The notes under the pieces: model-generated
What the model was told of the DNA's origin: nothing
The model's database searches: none
The model's input: the letters and a program-made list of their open reading frames with translations, nothing else
Translations under genes and position numbers: made by a program
In this document: in pieces, positions 26,701 through 40,210 of the stretch
Layout of the letters: every line of letters begins with the position of its first letter
Position numbering within the stretch: position 1 is the stretch's first letter
Assembly: GCF_009914755.1 (NCBI RefSeq)
Contig: NC_060932.1
DNA length: 64,000 bases
From: the human T2T-CHM13v2.0 reference genome, Homo sapiens
Strand: one strand, 5' to 3'

Positions 26701-27419
26701 CCGCCAGTAAATGGACAGTGCCCTAAAGGACTGTACCATGTTTTTATTGCTGGGAAAAACAGGGATTCCAGGGACTATTTGCTGACTGACTGAATGAATG
26801 AATGAATGCATCCTATCTTAGATGAAAGTTCTGGCCATCTTTCCAGGCTTTTGAAATCTTTTAAAATCCTGAATCTAGCAAGATGAAATAAGTCATAACA
26901 AACATGAATTCCTACAAATGGATTCAAAATACCCATAGCAGAAACATAGAGAGCACCAACCAGTACCTCTCAGTTTAACACAATAAGCAGCCAGCTGTGG
27001 CTCCCCAAAAGGAATGACTGTGTGAAGCTCTATCATCTCTAATGGGGCCCCCTGGCTCCCTGTCCTAACACTGGCCGCCAGCCCAAACTCGTGCACAAGG
27101 CGGGGTGTGCAGTGCACACAAAGGTGGTCTGGGTCCATCTGGGCACTGGGCTCCCAGACCCTACACAAGGGACCTCTCCCGCCCTCTGTTGGCGGCAGGG
27201 GGCTCTGCAGGTCTGAGGCTGGAAGGCAGGAGCAGAGAGGCTCAGGCTGGGCTCCGTGAGCATGGGCTTTTAGGGGAGCACTCCACAGGGTGGAACAGGC
27301 CCAGGATGGCAACTGGGAAGAAGACATGGAGGAGCCAGGGTAGAGAAGCTCTGAAGGTCCCAGGCTCCCCATTGCCAGGAGCCTGGGGGTGGTTGGTTGG
27401 AGGTCTATGGCAGAAGCTA

Positions 27420-27915
27420 CTCCATCCATATCTTCATTCAGCCATTCAACAAACAGCCCATGAGGACCTGCTGTTTGCCAGGCACAGCTGTAGACATGTG
27501 GGATTCTTAGTGAACAAAACTAGGTCTTTGCCTTTGTGCAGCTCAGATTCTCATGTGGGAGGGGGCAGGGCGGGAGACAGTGCATGCCCAGCATGATGAA
27601 CAACAAATGATATGGAAGGACAGATGGCTAGACGTGCACGCGGCATGTTCCCCTGCAGCGACCCCTGTGGTTAAGGGACAGCTATGCAAAGGCCCTGAGA
27701 CACCTACCTGCATGCTGGCCAGATGGAGGAGGGCATAGAGGCCAGGATGGCCAGGTGCAGCTGGAAAGGAGGTGGCGGTGATGGCAGGGAGGTCACAGGG
27801 ACCCAGCCACAGGGTCTCAGGGCCATCGTAAGGGCTTTGGCTTTCACTCAGAAAGACAAGGAGCTTCCAGAGTTCTGAGCCCTAAGGGACTTCACTTCCA
27901 CCTTAAAAGGTCTCA
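27420..27915 (-). mobile_element. L2 fragment (appears to resume at ~28561-28605)
   Basis: cattcagccattcaacaaac...tgccaggcac...gtgaacaaaac; tgcaaaggccctgag; gtaagggctttggctttcactc. Confidence 0.7.
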
Positions 27916-27959
27916 GGTCTCCCGTTCCGCCCTTACCCCCTCTCAGGTGGCTACCCCAG

Positions 27960-28560
27960 GACTGAAAATGGCGCAGCTGCTGTGGAAGGTCATGTGGTGG
28001 TTTCCCAAAAGGTCAAACCTAGAATTGCCACATGACCCAGCAATCCCATTCCTAGGAATATGCCCAAAGAAATGGAAAACAGGAGCCAAACACACACTTG
28101 TCCACCAATGTGCATAGCAGCACGCTAGCTGAAAGGTGGAAAAAACCCATCTCCTTCAAATAAGACCTGGAATTTTATCCCTACAATGCAATATCATGTG
28201 ATCATAAAAAGGAAAGAGGTACGGACACATTGCAACACGGAAGAGCCTCGAAAACCTAATGCTCAGTGAAGAAAGCCACACATGAAAGGTTGCCTAGCAC
28301 AGGATTCCATTGATAGGAAATGTCCACCCTAGGCAAATCCACAGAGACAGAAAGTGGATCACTGGCCGCTAGGGGATGGGGAGGAGAGAATGGGAGTGAG
28401 TGCTACTGGGGACGGGGTATTACTTTGGAGCCGAAAATAAGATGTTGTTTTGGAACTACACAGAGGTGATGGTTGCAAGACACTGAATGTCCTAAATGCC
28501 ACCAAATTGTACACTTTAAAATAGTTAATTTTGTAAAGCGTATTCTACCTCAATTAAAAT
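27960..28560 (+). mobile_element. L1MB-type 3' end
   Basis: agaattgccacatgacccagcaatcccattcctagg...ggcaaatccacagagacagaaagt...aattgtacactttaaaatagttaatttt. Confidence 0.9.
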
Positions 28561-29894
28561 GAGGGGAGACTATTGCAACAACCCATGCAAGATGGTGATG
28601 GCTGCCGCGTCACCCTGACGTGGCCCTCCAGCCTGCCTCCTGTCCCTCTGGACTGAGAATGGGCCACTAGCCCAGCATACAAATTCAGGAACTCGCCGGT
28701 CCCTGACTATTGATCATAAAACCCAACAGTGCCAGCCCCGTCACTGAGCAGCTGTGTCTCGGCCTAGAGCCTGGTGCAAGTGGGATTAACCAGTAGCAAA
28801 TTCTTCCCCAGCTGACAGATGGGTAAGGACGCGGCCCCTGCCCTCAAAGAGCCCACCACCAGGCCTCTGGACTCTTATGGGCAGAGTCAGCTGGCACTGG
28901 GTAGCACCGGACGCCAATGACACGTGCCGTGGGCAGATGAGGGCTGGAGTGAAGCCTCTGGGCTGGATGGGGTGTCATTCCCATCCCCCCACTGCCTTTC
29001 CTGGATTTTAACCTGCAGCTTACATTTTCCCTGTGACAGGTAATCATCTTAGCATACAAAGGGGAAGAAAGCCACTGGACGCCTAAGAAATTACTTCTGT
29101 TGATTTTCATAATTCATTTCTATGAACACTCTTTCAAAACCAAACTAAACCCAACCCAAGGATGCAGAGCTAATATTTATCCTCCGAGGAGCTTTCTCCC
29201 CATCCCCGACGCCGTGGCCTCCCCTCCCACACCTTTTATTCCATATCTCAGGAACTTCAACTACAGACGGGCCAGAATTGCTCACTTTCACTGAAGATGG
29301 ATGGACTCCGGTTAAATTATCCTTTTTCACTGTAACTCAGCTGGTGGAAAATGACAGGATTTTCAAGTAGATGAGATCTGGAAAATTGGCCTGAGTGGCG
29401 CGTCAGAAGCGTGTATTTAATTATGTAAGCCCTGAAGCCTGGGGCACCGGTTGGCTCCAGAGATGAGCTTGGACCCGTTGATTTGGGGGCTGGCTGCAAG
29501 TGGACACTGAGGGTGTAGAATGAGGAAGGATTTAGCAAAATCAGAATCATCGGGTTGGGTTAAAGTCACTCCAAGATGTGCCTTGCACACATGCTGCCCC
29601 TCACTGGGTCCCTGCCTCTGCCTTGCCTACTGTGGACCTTACCACCCACCCCTGAGATAGCCACATGCCTGGATGCGGTCTTTCCATGCCCGGTCTACTC
29701 CCACTCCTGGGCCCTTCCTCCTGCACTGTGCGACAGATACACTCCCCTGCTCAAAAGCCTTCAATGGCTCCCCAGTACCTGCAAGACAACAGGGTCTGGC
29801 TCCAGGGCAGCACTGCCTGGCTTCCCATCCCAGCCCTATCAATTCTCAGCTGTGTAACCCTGGGGGGAAAAAAATTGCTTAACCTCTCTGCCTC

Positions 29895-30370
29895 AATCAT
29901 TCATTTGAGGAATATTTACTGAGCACCTAACATGTTCTTGGGTCTGGGGATGCGGCAAAGAACAAAGTGGTACTGTCCGAAAGGCAATTAATGCTGGAGC
30001 AGAGGCTCCTTGGACAAGGAGGAGCAGGAATTCTGCACTCCCCAAGGAAAGAGGTGGGTGTGGGAGGGACACCAAGGGAAGACGCTTCTGTGTCATCTCC
30101 CTGAAGGCAGTGGGGGAGCAAGCCAGGCAGCTACCTGGGGAAAGAGAAGTGGCAGGTGCAAAGGCCCTGTGGCAAGAGAGCCTCCCAGGAATGCCAGCCA
30201 AGTTAAGATCATGTGGAGCCTGTGGCTGTGGGAAGAACTTGGCTCAAAACTCTCCTGGGGCTTCTCATCTCCCCCAAGTAAGATCCAAAGAAGAGCATCT
30301 GGAGTGGATTTTCAAGGGATCATGCTGGCTGCTGTTTGAAGAACAGACTGTAGGGGTGAGGTGGGAGCAC
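29895..30370 (-). mobile_element. L2 fragment
   Basis: tcattcatttgaggaatatttactgagcacctaa...gtgcaaaggccctgtggcaag...gatcatgctggctgctgt. Confidence 0.65.
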
Positions 30371-31108
30371 CTTCTGCTAACCAGGCAGAGCCTTAGCTCA
30401 CTCACGTTACTTCACAGCTCGGAGTTACTGGCAACATTCCCATCCCTGTGAGCCTCCATCACATCTCACCCTGAACATGCATCGACCTGGCACACACAGT
30501 GCTTTAGTAAGCACCTACTATGATTATGAACAGAGCACCAAAGAACCCGAGGGTGGGCGCCCACTCAGGATGGGGGCAGGAGCTGAGCAGAACTGGGTCC
30601 CCTGTGTGCACCTGGGTGTCTGGCTGCTGCTCCTCTCCCCTCTCCCTCATCCCCCTGTCCCTCCCTTACCTGAGGAAGTAGACCCCAAGGATGGGGAAGG
30701 AAGGTGCACACAGGGACCATATCCCCTCTCCACTCCAGGGTCCCTGAGCATCTGACTCATGTGCAGGCAGTGGCTGGTACTGAATCGGATAGAGATGGAA
30801 AGTTTACAACTGCACCAGAGTAAACTTCGACAACCACACACCCCTGAGAAATGAGAAATCTTCCCAAGATGTGGCTGCAGGTGCTCTGCCCAGTGGGGAA
30901 GGCAGCATGTGGGAGGGAAGCAGCAGCCCCATGGCCTTCAGGGAGCTGAGCCTGGCCATCGTCATTCGGGGATTCTGGAGCAGAGGCCACCAGCCCCTTG
31001 ACACCCCCGGAAGTGATGTTGCCATGGTTCAGAATGTGCCCGGGTGGCCTTCAGAGCCCCTTCCAACTCTGAGAATATTTGCTCCTATAAATGCTGAAAG
31101 CCCCAGAA

Positions 31109-31269
31109 TATCGAGGTGGATGCAGAAGAGTACTGGGCTGCAGGTCAGGGAGCCCACCCCCTTCTGCTTCTTCCCAGCTGCAAGGCTATCAGGGTGGATG
31201 TGGAAGAGTACTGGGCTGCAGGTCAGGGTGCATTTTCCATCCCCTTCTGCTTCTTCCCAGCTGCAAGCC
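31109..31269. repeat. Two-copy tandem duplication, ~78-83 bp unit
   Basis: Units at 31109 and 31187 share gaagagtactgggctgcaggtcaggg and ccccttctgcttcttcccagctgcaag. Confidence 0.9.
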
Positions 31270-31571
31270 TAAGGCCTAGGAAATTCCCTCTAGCAGTTCC
31301 CCAAAATATGCCAGGTGGGGCTGGAGTGAAGGCACCTTGAAGATCCATTCAACCTGCACAGTCAGAAACACGAGCATGTGTCCCATGCAGCACTGCTCCT
31401 CCACCTGTGGGGGTCCCCCTGCCCCCACATATCCTCCTGTTCTTGGTACCGGTGGAGGCTGCTGACCACAATCCCACCTCCTGACCACGGATGGGCACGG
31501 CAACCACACCTGGCCACCTGTGGCTCCCCACCCAATAGCCACAGGAGGGGACAAAATCATCATTCACACCC

Positions 31572-31944
31572 AGGGTGCAGATTGCTGTGAATAGAGTGGT
31601 GATAGCTCCTAGACATACTGTGAGGGTTTGGAGCATTGTTTTCTATTAAAGGGTGGAATTGGATAAGTAGGAACCCCCTGCAACAACTATTGTGCTAGAA
31701 TGGGGTGGGGTGAGACTGGTGTTGGACCTTCTGTAGCGGATGGATGGGAGTCAAGGATGGAGGCCAAATTGGGCTGACTTCCCAGCTGCTGCCAGAAGAA
31801 GACTAATTAGTGGAAGAGTACTGGGGTTGGGGTTTAAAATAAATATTTGTTGAAATTCTCATGTGTTGGAGAATAGGAGGAATCATGCTATTGCTAAAAT
31901 AAAGCCAATATCGCCGACACAATTACACAGGATTGCTGTATTGC
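31572..31944 (-). pseudogene. MT-ND5 (nuclear pseudogene): NUMT: fragment of mitochondrial NADH dehydrogenase subunit 5
   Basis: In the vertebrate mitochondrial code the minus strand reads ..[110 protein letters not shown]; three TGA codons fall at ND5 Trp positions; several frameshifts. Confidence 0.95.
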
Positions 31945-34699
31945 CCCTTGGCCCAAGTCCTTACCTGCTATTGCTCTAAGGGACTCTTTGATCTGGAGTC
32001 AGTATCTCCAGATCTGGAGTGGGTACCAAATGCTGTGGTCCAAGTCCTAGGGAGACTCACCCATCACCATTTTTGAGACCAGCATCATCCCTGCTGCAAT
32101 GAGAAGCACCTGACCTCCCACCCTTGGCTGTCTGACATTCTTTGTGTGCCTGGAGCCATAAGGACCTGAAATCTGATCTCCTCCTGAACTTCCCCATCTT
32201 GTGAATGCCTTGTGTTACTAGCCTAAGTCTCAAATGTCCTCCTTTCAATGCTCCCAAGAGCTGGGGCACATGATCCCCAGCTTGCAGAGATTATAGAGAT
32301 AGTACAGCAGAGACAGTAAAAAACACCCACCCCCAATGCTTCCACAAGACACTGAGTTCCCCTCCCAGCAGACAGGTGGCCCCAACCACCCTGAATCCCA
32401 CACAAGGGCCGACTAGGAACTAGTTTTCCCAAGATCTTGTTCCAAGCAGATTCTCTTCCAGGTCTGCTGACTCCAAGCTCAGTGCTCACTCCTGAGCCCA
32501 TCATGGCTCTGGGATTCTGTGTCCTTGTTCTCTGCTAAGGTGTCTAAGGAGCAACACCTGGTCACCCTGAGGCACATATAGGGGGCTGTGGACATGCATG
32601 TGGGGTCCTTCCCTCTCTGCCTTGCACCTGCATCCCCTCCCTGTAAGCAGAGGGGCCTTCCACCCATGCTCTGGGGGCGGGGGCCGCCAGCCTGCCCTGG
32701 CGCTCCTCTAAGGGCCGGATTCTCCTGCCGGGAGCTGAAGGCTGATTCAATGGTTATTTGTTCTGCCTTCCGAATGGGGGAAATACGGACCTTAAAGGCC
32801 TTTCAGGAGAAAAAGTGCTGCATGATGATTATTTAATATTTTATGGGTCCATAAATACACAGAGCACTGTGCAGCCAAACGCTGTCAGCTACTGGCTGCG
32901 GGAGCACCCCTTGGCATGTGGCACACTCTGGGTGCTCCTAGGGCCTAGATTCTGGGGTCCCCTCAGCCCCTGAACCTGCAGGGGCCAGACAGGGACAGGA
33001 CCATGGTCTCAGCTTCCTACAAGAGCTCTGTCCTCTCCTGTCCTGAAGTCAGAATTCACCATCTTCGGGGCAGGGGCTGATGCACGTACAAGCATCGTGT
33101 GCAGTGCTGACAATTTGCTGCTGTCCCCAATGATGCACCTTGTAGGGGCCCCCCTTCTGCCCCATGCCAGCGCCCCAGCACTCCTCAAATGCTGCCAGGC
33201 TGTGGATTTGACAGGGTGCAGCACCAAGCCCAGTCCAGCTGCTCAGGGGCTTTACTGTGAGGCTGAAGAAGCATCACGGATGCCACCAGCCCTGTCAGCC
33301 TCTGGTTCCAGACTGAAATTCCAAATGGCCGAGAGCCCTCTTTTTAAATGAATTTTATCATAAGATGCCACAGATATATGGCCAGGAATAGAAAATGTTA
33401 TGAATATATTTACACACACTTGGCTTTATCATAACATAATCAAAACAGTACCTAAAATTTCTTTGTGACATATTTGCTTAAGCCTAAGCAAAATTGAGGT
33501 CCCCTACCTGGAGTGCCTGCCTGATCTAGTCCCTCCCCAGCCCCCTGCAAGTGAGCCTCTGCCCAATTTCTGGGTCCATCATTCCAGTGGTCTGCACTCA
33601 GGACTCCCCCAACAGAGACCTCCCCCACCACCCCCGCCGCCTTTCCTCTTGTTCTCTCCAACAGCTCTGGAGTGTGGCTGAGATGCTTCATGGGAATGTG
33701 AGCCCTGTAGGGGAGCAGGTCCAGCCCCACCCCTTCCCTCACCCCAAGGGCCTGGAGCTGGTTCCCACTGCCTGCTATATGCAAACACTTGTTTAATAGA
33801 TACTCAAACGCAAATCAGACAACACAAGGGAAAGTGCTTTCAAAACCCATAAATCGCTCTACAAACACGAGGCGGCATTATCAGCTCAAGAAAAAATCCA
33901 TCTTCCACACTGTCCAGAGGCCCACGCGGAGCTCACTCCTCCCACCAGCCAGCTCAGCTCTCGGGCAACACCCTCCCAGGAATTTTGCTTGGGGTAGCCA
34001 GGGACCTCACCAATTCCAAGTCCCTAAACCCCAGAGCCTCAGAGCAGAAGGGGCCGGAGCTAAGGCCCGTGTTCATTTCTTCCACCCAGGGGAAGTAGAG
34101 GCCCAGGATGGGCAAGTCCGTGGCTCATGGGCCACACAAGTGGGTGTTCGGCCTGGACTCTGACCCCATCCCCTGCCTAGGGCCTTGTCAAGTCAATTGC
34201 CCCAGGAACAGAGCTTTCCAGTTAGGAAAAGGACGATGCTGTTATTTAAGGAAAAAGAAAACTGTAAATAAGACTAAGAATCACTGAGGAATAGCTGAAG
34301 TTTGTCTGAATTTTCTGCCTGTATATCCAGCGAAGGCTCTGGGGAGCATTTTTAATACTTACATGGAAAACACAAGCTGCCAGATCGCTGGGTGCCCTGG
34401 TGACCTGCAGCGTTCAGCCCCCTTCATCTGGGGATGGCTCTGCCTGGTCAGAGAGCAGAGCTGCTGAACAGGACGCTGGCCTCGGAGCGCGGCCAGACCC
34501 TGCCAGGCCTCCCAAGGACCACAGCCAATGAGCAGATGCCCTGCCCGCTCAGGCCCTGGTGTTGTCTGACCCATCCCCACCCCCTTCCTGAGCTCCAGAC
34601 CCTCTGGCTTCCTGGATGATCCCCACAACCAGACAACAGACTTCTCCCCACCTCAAAGCCCCCTGCCAGGCTCTTCCCTCAGGTAGGCGACAGGCAGAT

Positions 34700-35110
34700 T
34701 CTGCGGTAGCCCTCAGGCCACAGCTGAACTGTCACCTTCTCCAGGAGCCTTTCACGTGGGTCCCTATGCAGTTCCCTGTGCTAATCCTTCCAGGCACCTG
34801 AGGATACTGTAAGATCCACGAAGACACGCATTACATGCCACACTGGTTGCTTACTCATAGCCTCTGGGTGGGGGAAGGCAGATCAGCGGCTTGTTCACCA
34901 TGCTACCCCGGGGCCTAGCTCAAGATGCACAGAGCCCCTGTGGCATCAGCTGCAGTGGGCCGCTGGGGCCAGAGGATGGCTGGGTGGGTGCAGAGGCAGG
35001 CGGCTAGAGAGAGTGGGCGGATAAATGGGCGAGAGGATGGCTGCAGAGGGGGCAGTGAATGGAAAGATGGGTGACGGACGGACAAATGCACCATGGATAG
35101 ATGGTCAGCT
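34700..35110 (+). mobile_element. L2 3' fragment with degenerate (GGAT)n-like tail
   Basis: tcaggccacagctgaactgtcaccttctccaggagcctt...cttgttcaccatgctaccccggggcctagc. Confidence 0.5.
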
Positions 35111-35714
35111 AAAGAGACAGTTCCAGTGGACAGAGATGGATGGCGGGGGGCGGGCGCTGGGGCAGGTGGCAGAGCTAGAGATAAAAGTCTGGTGTCGAGA
35201 TCCAAATGGCCTGGTTTCTCCAGGCTCCTCGCCCCCACTCCCCTCCCTCAGATACTGCTTGGGACCAAGCTGACAGTGACGAGGGAATGGGGTCAGGCTG
35301 CAGACCCCTGTGGCCTCGGGTTGTCAAGAAGCCTGACAGTCCATCTCAGAGAAGTGCATCCCTCCTTCCCTCCCCAGCCCTCACCCAGACCTCACTCGGT
35401 GCCCAAGAGCAGGAGCAGGACTCTGCCACCTCTTGTAATCACGAGGAGCAAACAAAACAAAACACTCCTTCCCCGGCTTGTTCCCAAAATAGCCTTTCTC
35501 GCCACCCAGACATGCTGGCTGGCTGGCTCTCTCCCATTCAAACCTGACTAGGCAGATTTTCTGGAGCGCTGAGGTGGGGCTGGGGGAGGAAGGGGCATGG
35601 GAGGCTGTGACCCCCATCAGGTCCAGGTGAAAGAACACCAAGGGCAGCAGCACCATCCCAGGAGGGAGGCAGGAAGCTGAGCGATACCCAGCTCTGAATG
35701 GGGGACAAGTCCCA

Positions 35715-35815
35715 CAGCCACCCTGTGAGAAATCCCTATTTCTCAGCTGAGTAAACTGAGGTTCAGAGAAGGGCAGTAACCCCTTAAGGTCGCACATGTC
35801 TGACTCTAAGCAGAT
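35715..35815 (-). mobile_element. MIR fragment
   Basis: cagctgagtaaactgaggttcagagaagggcagtaaccccttaaggtcgcaca. Confidence 0.65.
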
Positions 35816-36849
35816 GTGGCCAACTCCAAACTGGGCTCCTCCCACACCCCTGGGCTCTCCCCACTCAGGGGCTCTGCCAATCAGAGCCGGAGGAAGAAAG
35901 TGGACATGGTGGACACCCCTAGATCATCAGGGAAGGTTTCCTGGGGGAGAAGACAGGATTCAAGAGAGAACTTCTGCCTACAGCGAGGGGGAGACAGAGC
36001 GATGCTGTGGAGCCTTGGGAATGTCCCTGGAGGCCCCCAAGCCTCAGCTTCCTCCTCTGCATAATGGGAAGAAGAGCTCTGCCCCTGCAGGGATCAGGTA
36101 AAGTTTAAATCAGACAGAGGCTAGAGGCAAGCAGGGCGGCCCTCTAATCTACACTCAGCCATGAAGCTCCGGGACATTCAAACAATTCAGTACTCCCTCT
36201 GTGTCACCCCTCCTCATGGGCACAGCAAAGGAGGTATGTATGAGCCAGGTTGGGGTACAGGCTGATGCCCCCAGGTGCAGGTAAATATACCCCACCTAGT
36301 GCCCAGATCCAAGTGGCAGCTGTCAGGCCCTCCCTGCAAGCAGCTTGGTCTTCAGGAGTACTAGGAAGAAAAAAATATAAAAAGCCAGGAGCAGCCCGAG
36401 CAGAGAGCCCATCCAGCTGGGGCTCAGCCTGGGCCACTAACTCTTTGGCCCCTCCAGCCCACATGCACCTGAGGTCCTGTGCTCTCGGACGCCCCTGCTG
36501 TCCAGATGCAGCAAGCTCTTACCACCTCTGGGTCTTCCCCACGCCGCTCCCTCGGCCTGGAGTGCCCTTCCCCACTGTCCTGGGCGCGCTTGCCTCTCCC
36601 TCACAATCTGCAGACAGGACCCGCCAGGTGCAGACAGATGAGTGAGCAGCTGGGAATGCTGAAGCTTGTCAGATGACACCTGCCCCGGGAAGCCATCCAT
36701 TCACCCCAACCTTCCCTAACTGCTTCCCTGGAAATGACTGATGATTTTCTTCTTTATGCCAAATTTTGGAGGAGCTCAACCCCACACAGTGCCCTATCTA
36801 TACCACAAATGCTTCTTCAATGACCATGGTTGTCTCCTAGACCTGCAGT

Positions 36850-37270
36850 TTCTCCTAGTTTCCATGCAGAAGCCTAGCCCAGGCCACCGTGATCTCTCAC
36901 CCGGACAGAGGCCACAGCCTCTCAGGGCCTCCCTGGAGCCACTCTTGGCCCCATAGGCCACACCATCCACAACCAGAACCATCTTCTCCAACACAAATCA
37001 GATCCTGCCCAGGCCCTGCTCACCCTCCCAAGATGGGGCTCTCCCTTGCAGGCTCAGCCCTCCCCAGTGCAGCCTCACCCCCCTGCAGCCCCTTGGCCTC
37101 AGTACCCATTCCAAACCCACCATTTGCCCCCTCCACACCTTTGCAGGTGCTATGTCCTCCAACAGGAACCACCCTGTCTCCTGCCTGGTCCACCTGGCTG
37201 AATCCAACTCTTCTTTTGAGGCTCAGCTCCAAGCTTGCTGCCCTCAGGAAGCCTCCACTTGTCTCTCTTG
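36850..37270 (+). mobile_element. L2 fragment
   Basis: tagcccaggccaccgtgatctctcacccggac...acacaaatcagatc...cctttgcaggtgct...tcaggaagcct. Confidence 0.55.
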
Positions 37271-37669
37271 GGGAAGTGAGAATGGTGGGAAGGCAGGTGC
37301 TAGCTTGAGCCAGGATTGCACTCAAGCATTCTGGTGCCCCTAACTAGCTGTGTGCCCTTGGGTGGGTTGCTGAACCTCTCTGAGCTTAACTTCTCATGGG
37401 TCTGGCTAGAAAACCACCACCACTTGAGAGAATTTAGAACAGAGGGAATTCAATCCAGAACATTAGTCACAGAGGTGATGAGGAGAGCACAGGAAGCTGC
37501 TTCCACCCTTAGGCAGTGGGAGAAGGCAGGTCAGGATCAGGTCTCCCGGCCAGAGCAGGAGCCGGGGAGGACCTGTGGCAGCTGCCAGGGACACCACAGT
37601 GAACCCTCTCTGCCTGTGGAGCTTCTCATCATCCTGCCCTGTGAGCTTCCGGCACTGGCTCCCTGAACT

Positions 37670-37701
37670 AAAACCCCCCAGAGCCAAAACCCCCCAGAGC
37701 C
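37670..37701. repeat. Perfect 16-bp tandem duplication
   Basis: aaaaccccccagagcc x2. Confidence 0.9.
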
Positions 37702-38164
37702 AGAGAGCAATAGCGCCTGGGAAACTGAGCTTCCCACCATACACTGCAGAAGTGGGGGATGGATGGATCTGAGCATAGGGCGTTGACTGGGACACTCCCT
37801 TTCCCCATATGCAGAATGGAGATCATTGCTAAGCTGCACCGCATGGTCACTACTAACAAGGCCCCATTTTATTCATAAAAGCTTTGCATGAATTAACTTC
37901 CTGTCTCCTCACAGAGGAGGGACGTTATCACCCTGGCGGGTGGGGAGGCCTCTCCAGGACTCGCCTCTATCCCAGCGGTCCCCACCCACATCACCCCCAT
38001 CCAGGCAGAGAACATGGCTGGCCCCTGCTCCCAGGATTCTCCCTGTCCAACAGCAGGTCTCCCCCACAGGACAGGCAGAGGAGATGACATGGTAGGGTGG
38101 GCAGATATATGGACAATGGGCTATGGTTTCCTGTTGGGTTTAGAATAAAATCTCAAGTCCTTGG

Positions 38165-38700
38165 TTGTATCAGGTCAGGGTCATGGCATGAAACAGGTCA
38201 TGGCATCCACTCAGATGGATCAAATCAGGGCAAAGACCCTTGTCTTCAATGAAGAGAGAGTTTGCAGAGGCAAGGAGAGGTTGAGGGCACCAAGTAGGGC
38301 AGTAAGACACAAGGGGCTAGCAGGGGGCAGCTATTACCACCCACAGGCCTGAAGGGCTGAGAGGAGCCCAGTGAGCACTGCAGCCAGGGGCAGGGACCAC
38401 CTAGTGGATGCTGTAAGTCATGGGGGGACAACCACTGCTGGAAAAGCTGAGCAGGGAAGGCACACCCATCCCAAAGCCCCATGGCTGGACCCACCTGGAG
38501 GCCAGCCCCCAGCTCTTTCCTCCAGAACACCCCACAATGTTGCTGAACACAAGGAAACCAGATGCGGGCCTCAGGCTACACGGGTCACGCCTGACTTCCC
38601 TGCTGCCCAGCAAGCCCCTAGCCACTGGTACCCTTTTCCTTTTCCGCAGCTCCCCCTCAATCCAAGCCTCACTACCTCCACTGTACAAAAGATACCACGG
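38165..38700 (-). mobile_element. LTR33/LTR41-family ERVL LTR
   Basis: ggggctagcagggggcagctattaccacccacaggcctgaaggg matches the reverse complement of the LTR33-family core. Confidence 0.6.
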
Positions 38701-39303
38701 AGGGGAGAGCACAACCCCTGCCTTCTGGAATTCAGCCACACCCACCAAGAAACAAGAACTGGGTCCTGGATGCTATTCTCACAAACCAGATGTGTCCTCA
38801 GGGACTAGCTCTGTGAAACTGGCAGACTCCAGAGCCCCAGCTTTGCAGCTGAGAGGCCTGGACTTCCCCACGGTCACACTGCCTCCAAGTGCAGGGCCAG
38901 TGTCCAGGAAGCGAGGTGGCTCTCCTTCTGGGCTGTTCCCTGCCCATGTCCTGAGTCTGCCACTGCCCTTGGACCTGGCCTCTACTCCAGAGTCCACCTG
39001 CCTCAGGCACTGTCCGAGGTGCTGACCACTGCTGTGGATGAGGGTACACGGGAAGGACTAAGGTTTGCTGAGGCAGTTGTGGAAGGGGCAGCCCAGGAAA
39101 GCTCCCAGAAGGTCTGTGATTAGAGGTGAGTGTGAAGCAAAAATTCAAGTTTTGGGGGAAGACAAGTTAGCCAGAAAGGCATTCTAGGAGGAAGAAACAG
39201 CATGTATCAAGCCGCTGAGTCTTCGGGGCTTTGTGAGAGTCAAATGAATTCATAGGCAAGAAACCGCTCTGGGACCTAAACACCTGCGTGGATACGACCC
39301 TGA

Positions 39304-39940
<637 letters not shown>

Positions 39941-39959
39941 TATTCTTACGAGATAAAGC

Positions 39960-40210
39960 AAGAGACAGAACAATGATCAAGTATACTGCCTTTTGTGCAA
40001 GAAAGGGGAGATAAGATAATATATATTTGTGTGTATACCAGAAACAATATATTGATTTTTAAAACAATCCCCTATTTGTGATAACAGGAAAAAGTGGGAG
40101 GGATGGAGATGGGATGGAAAGAACAGAGTGGGGTGGGAGTCTTAAGGAGCACCTTCATATTCTGTCTTCACAGAAGAACGATGTAGATGTGTTGCCTATT
40201 CAGTAAAATT
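39960..40210 (+). mobile_element. Old L1MC/ME 3' fragment
   Basis: ctgccttttgtgcaagaaagggg...gatgtgttgcctattca. Confidence 0.45.
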
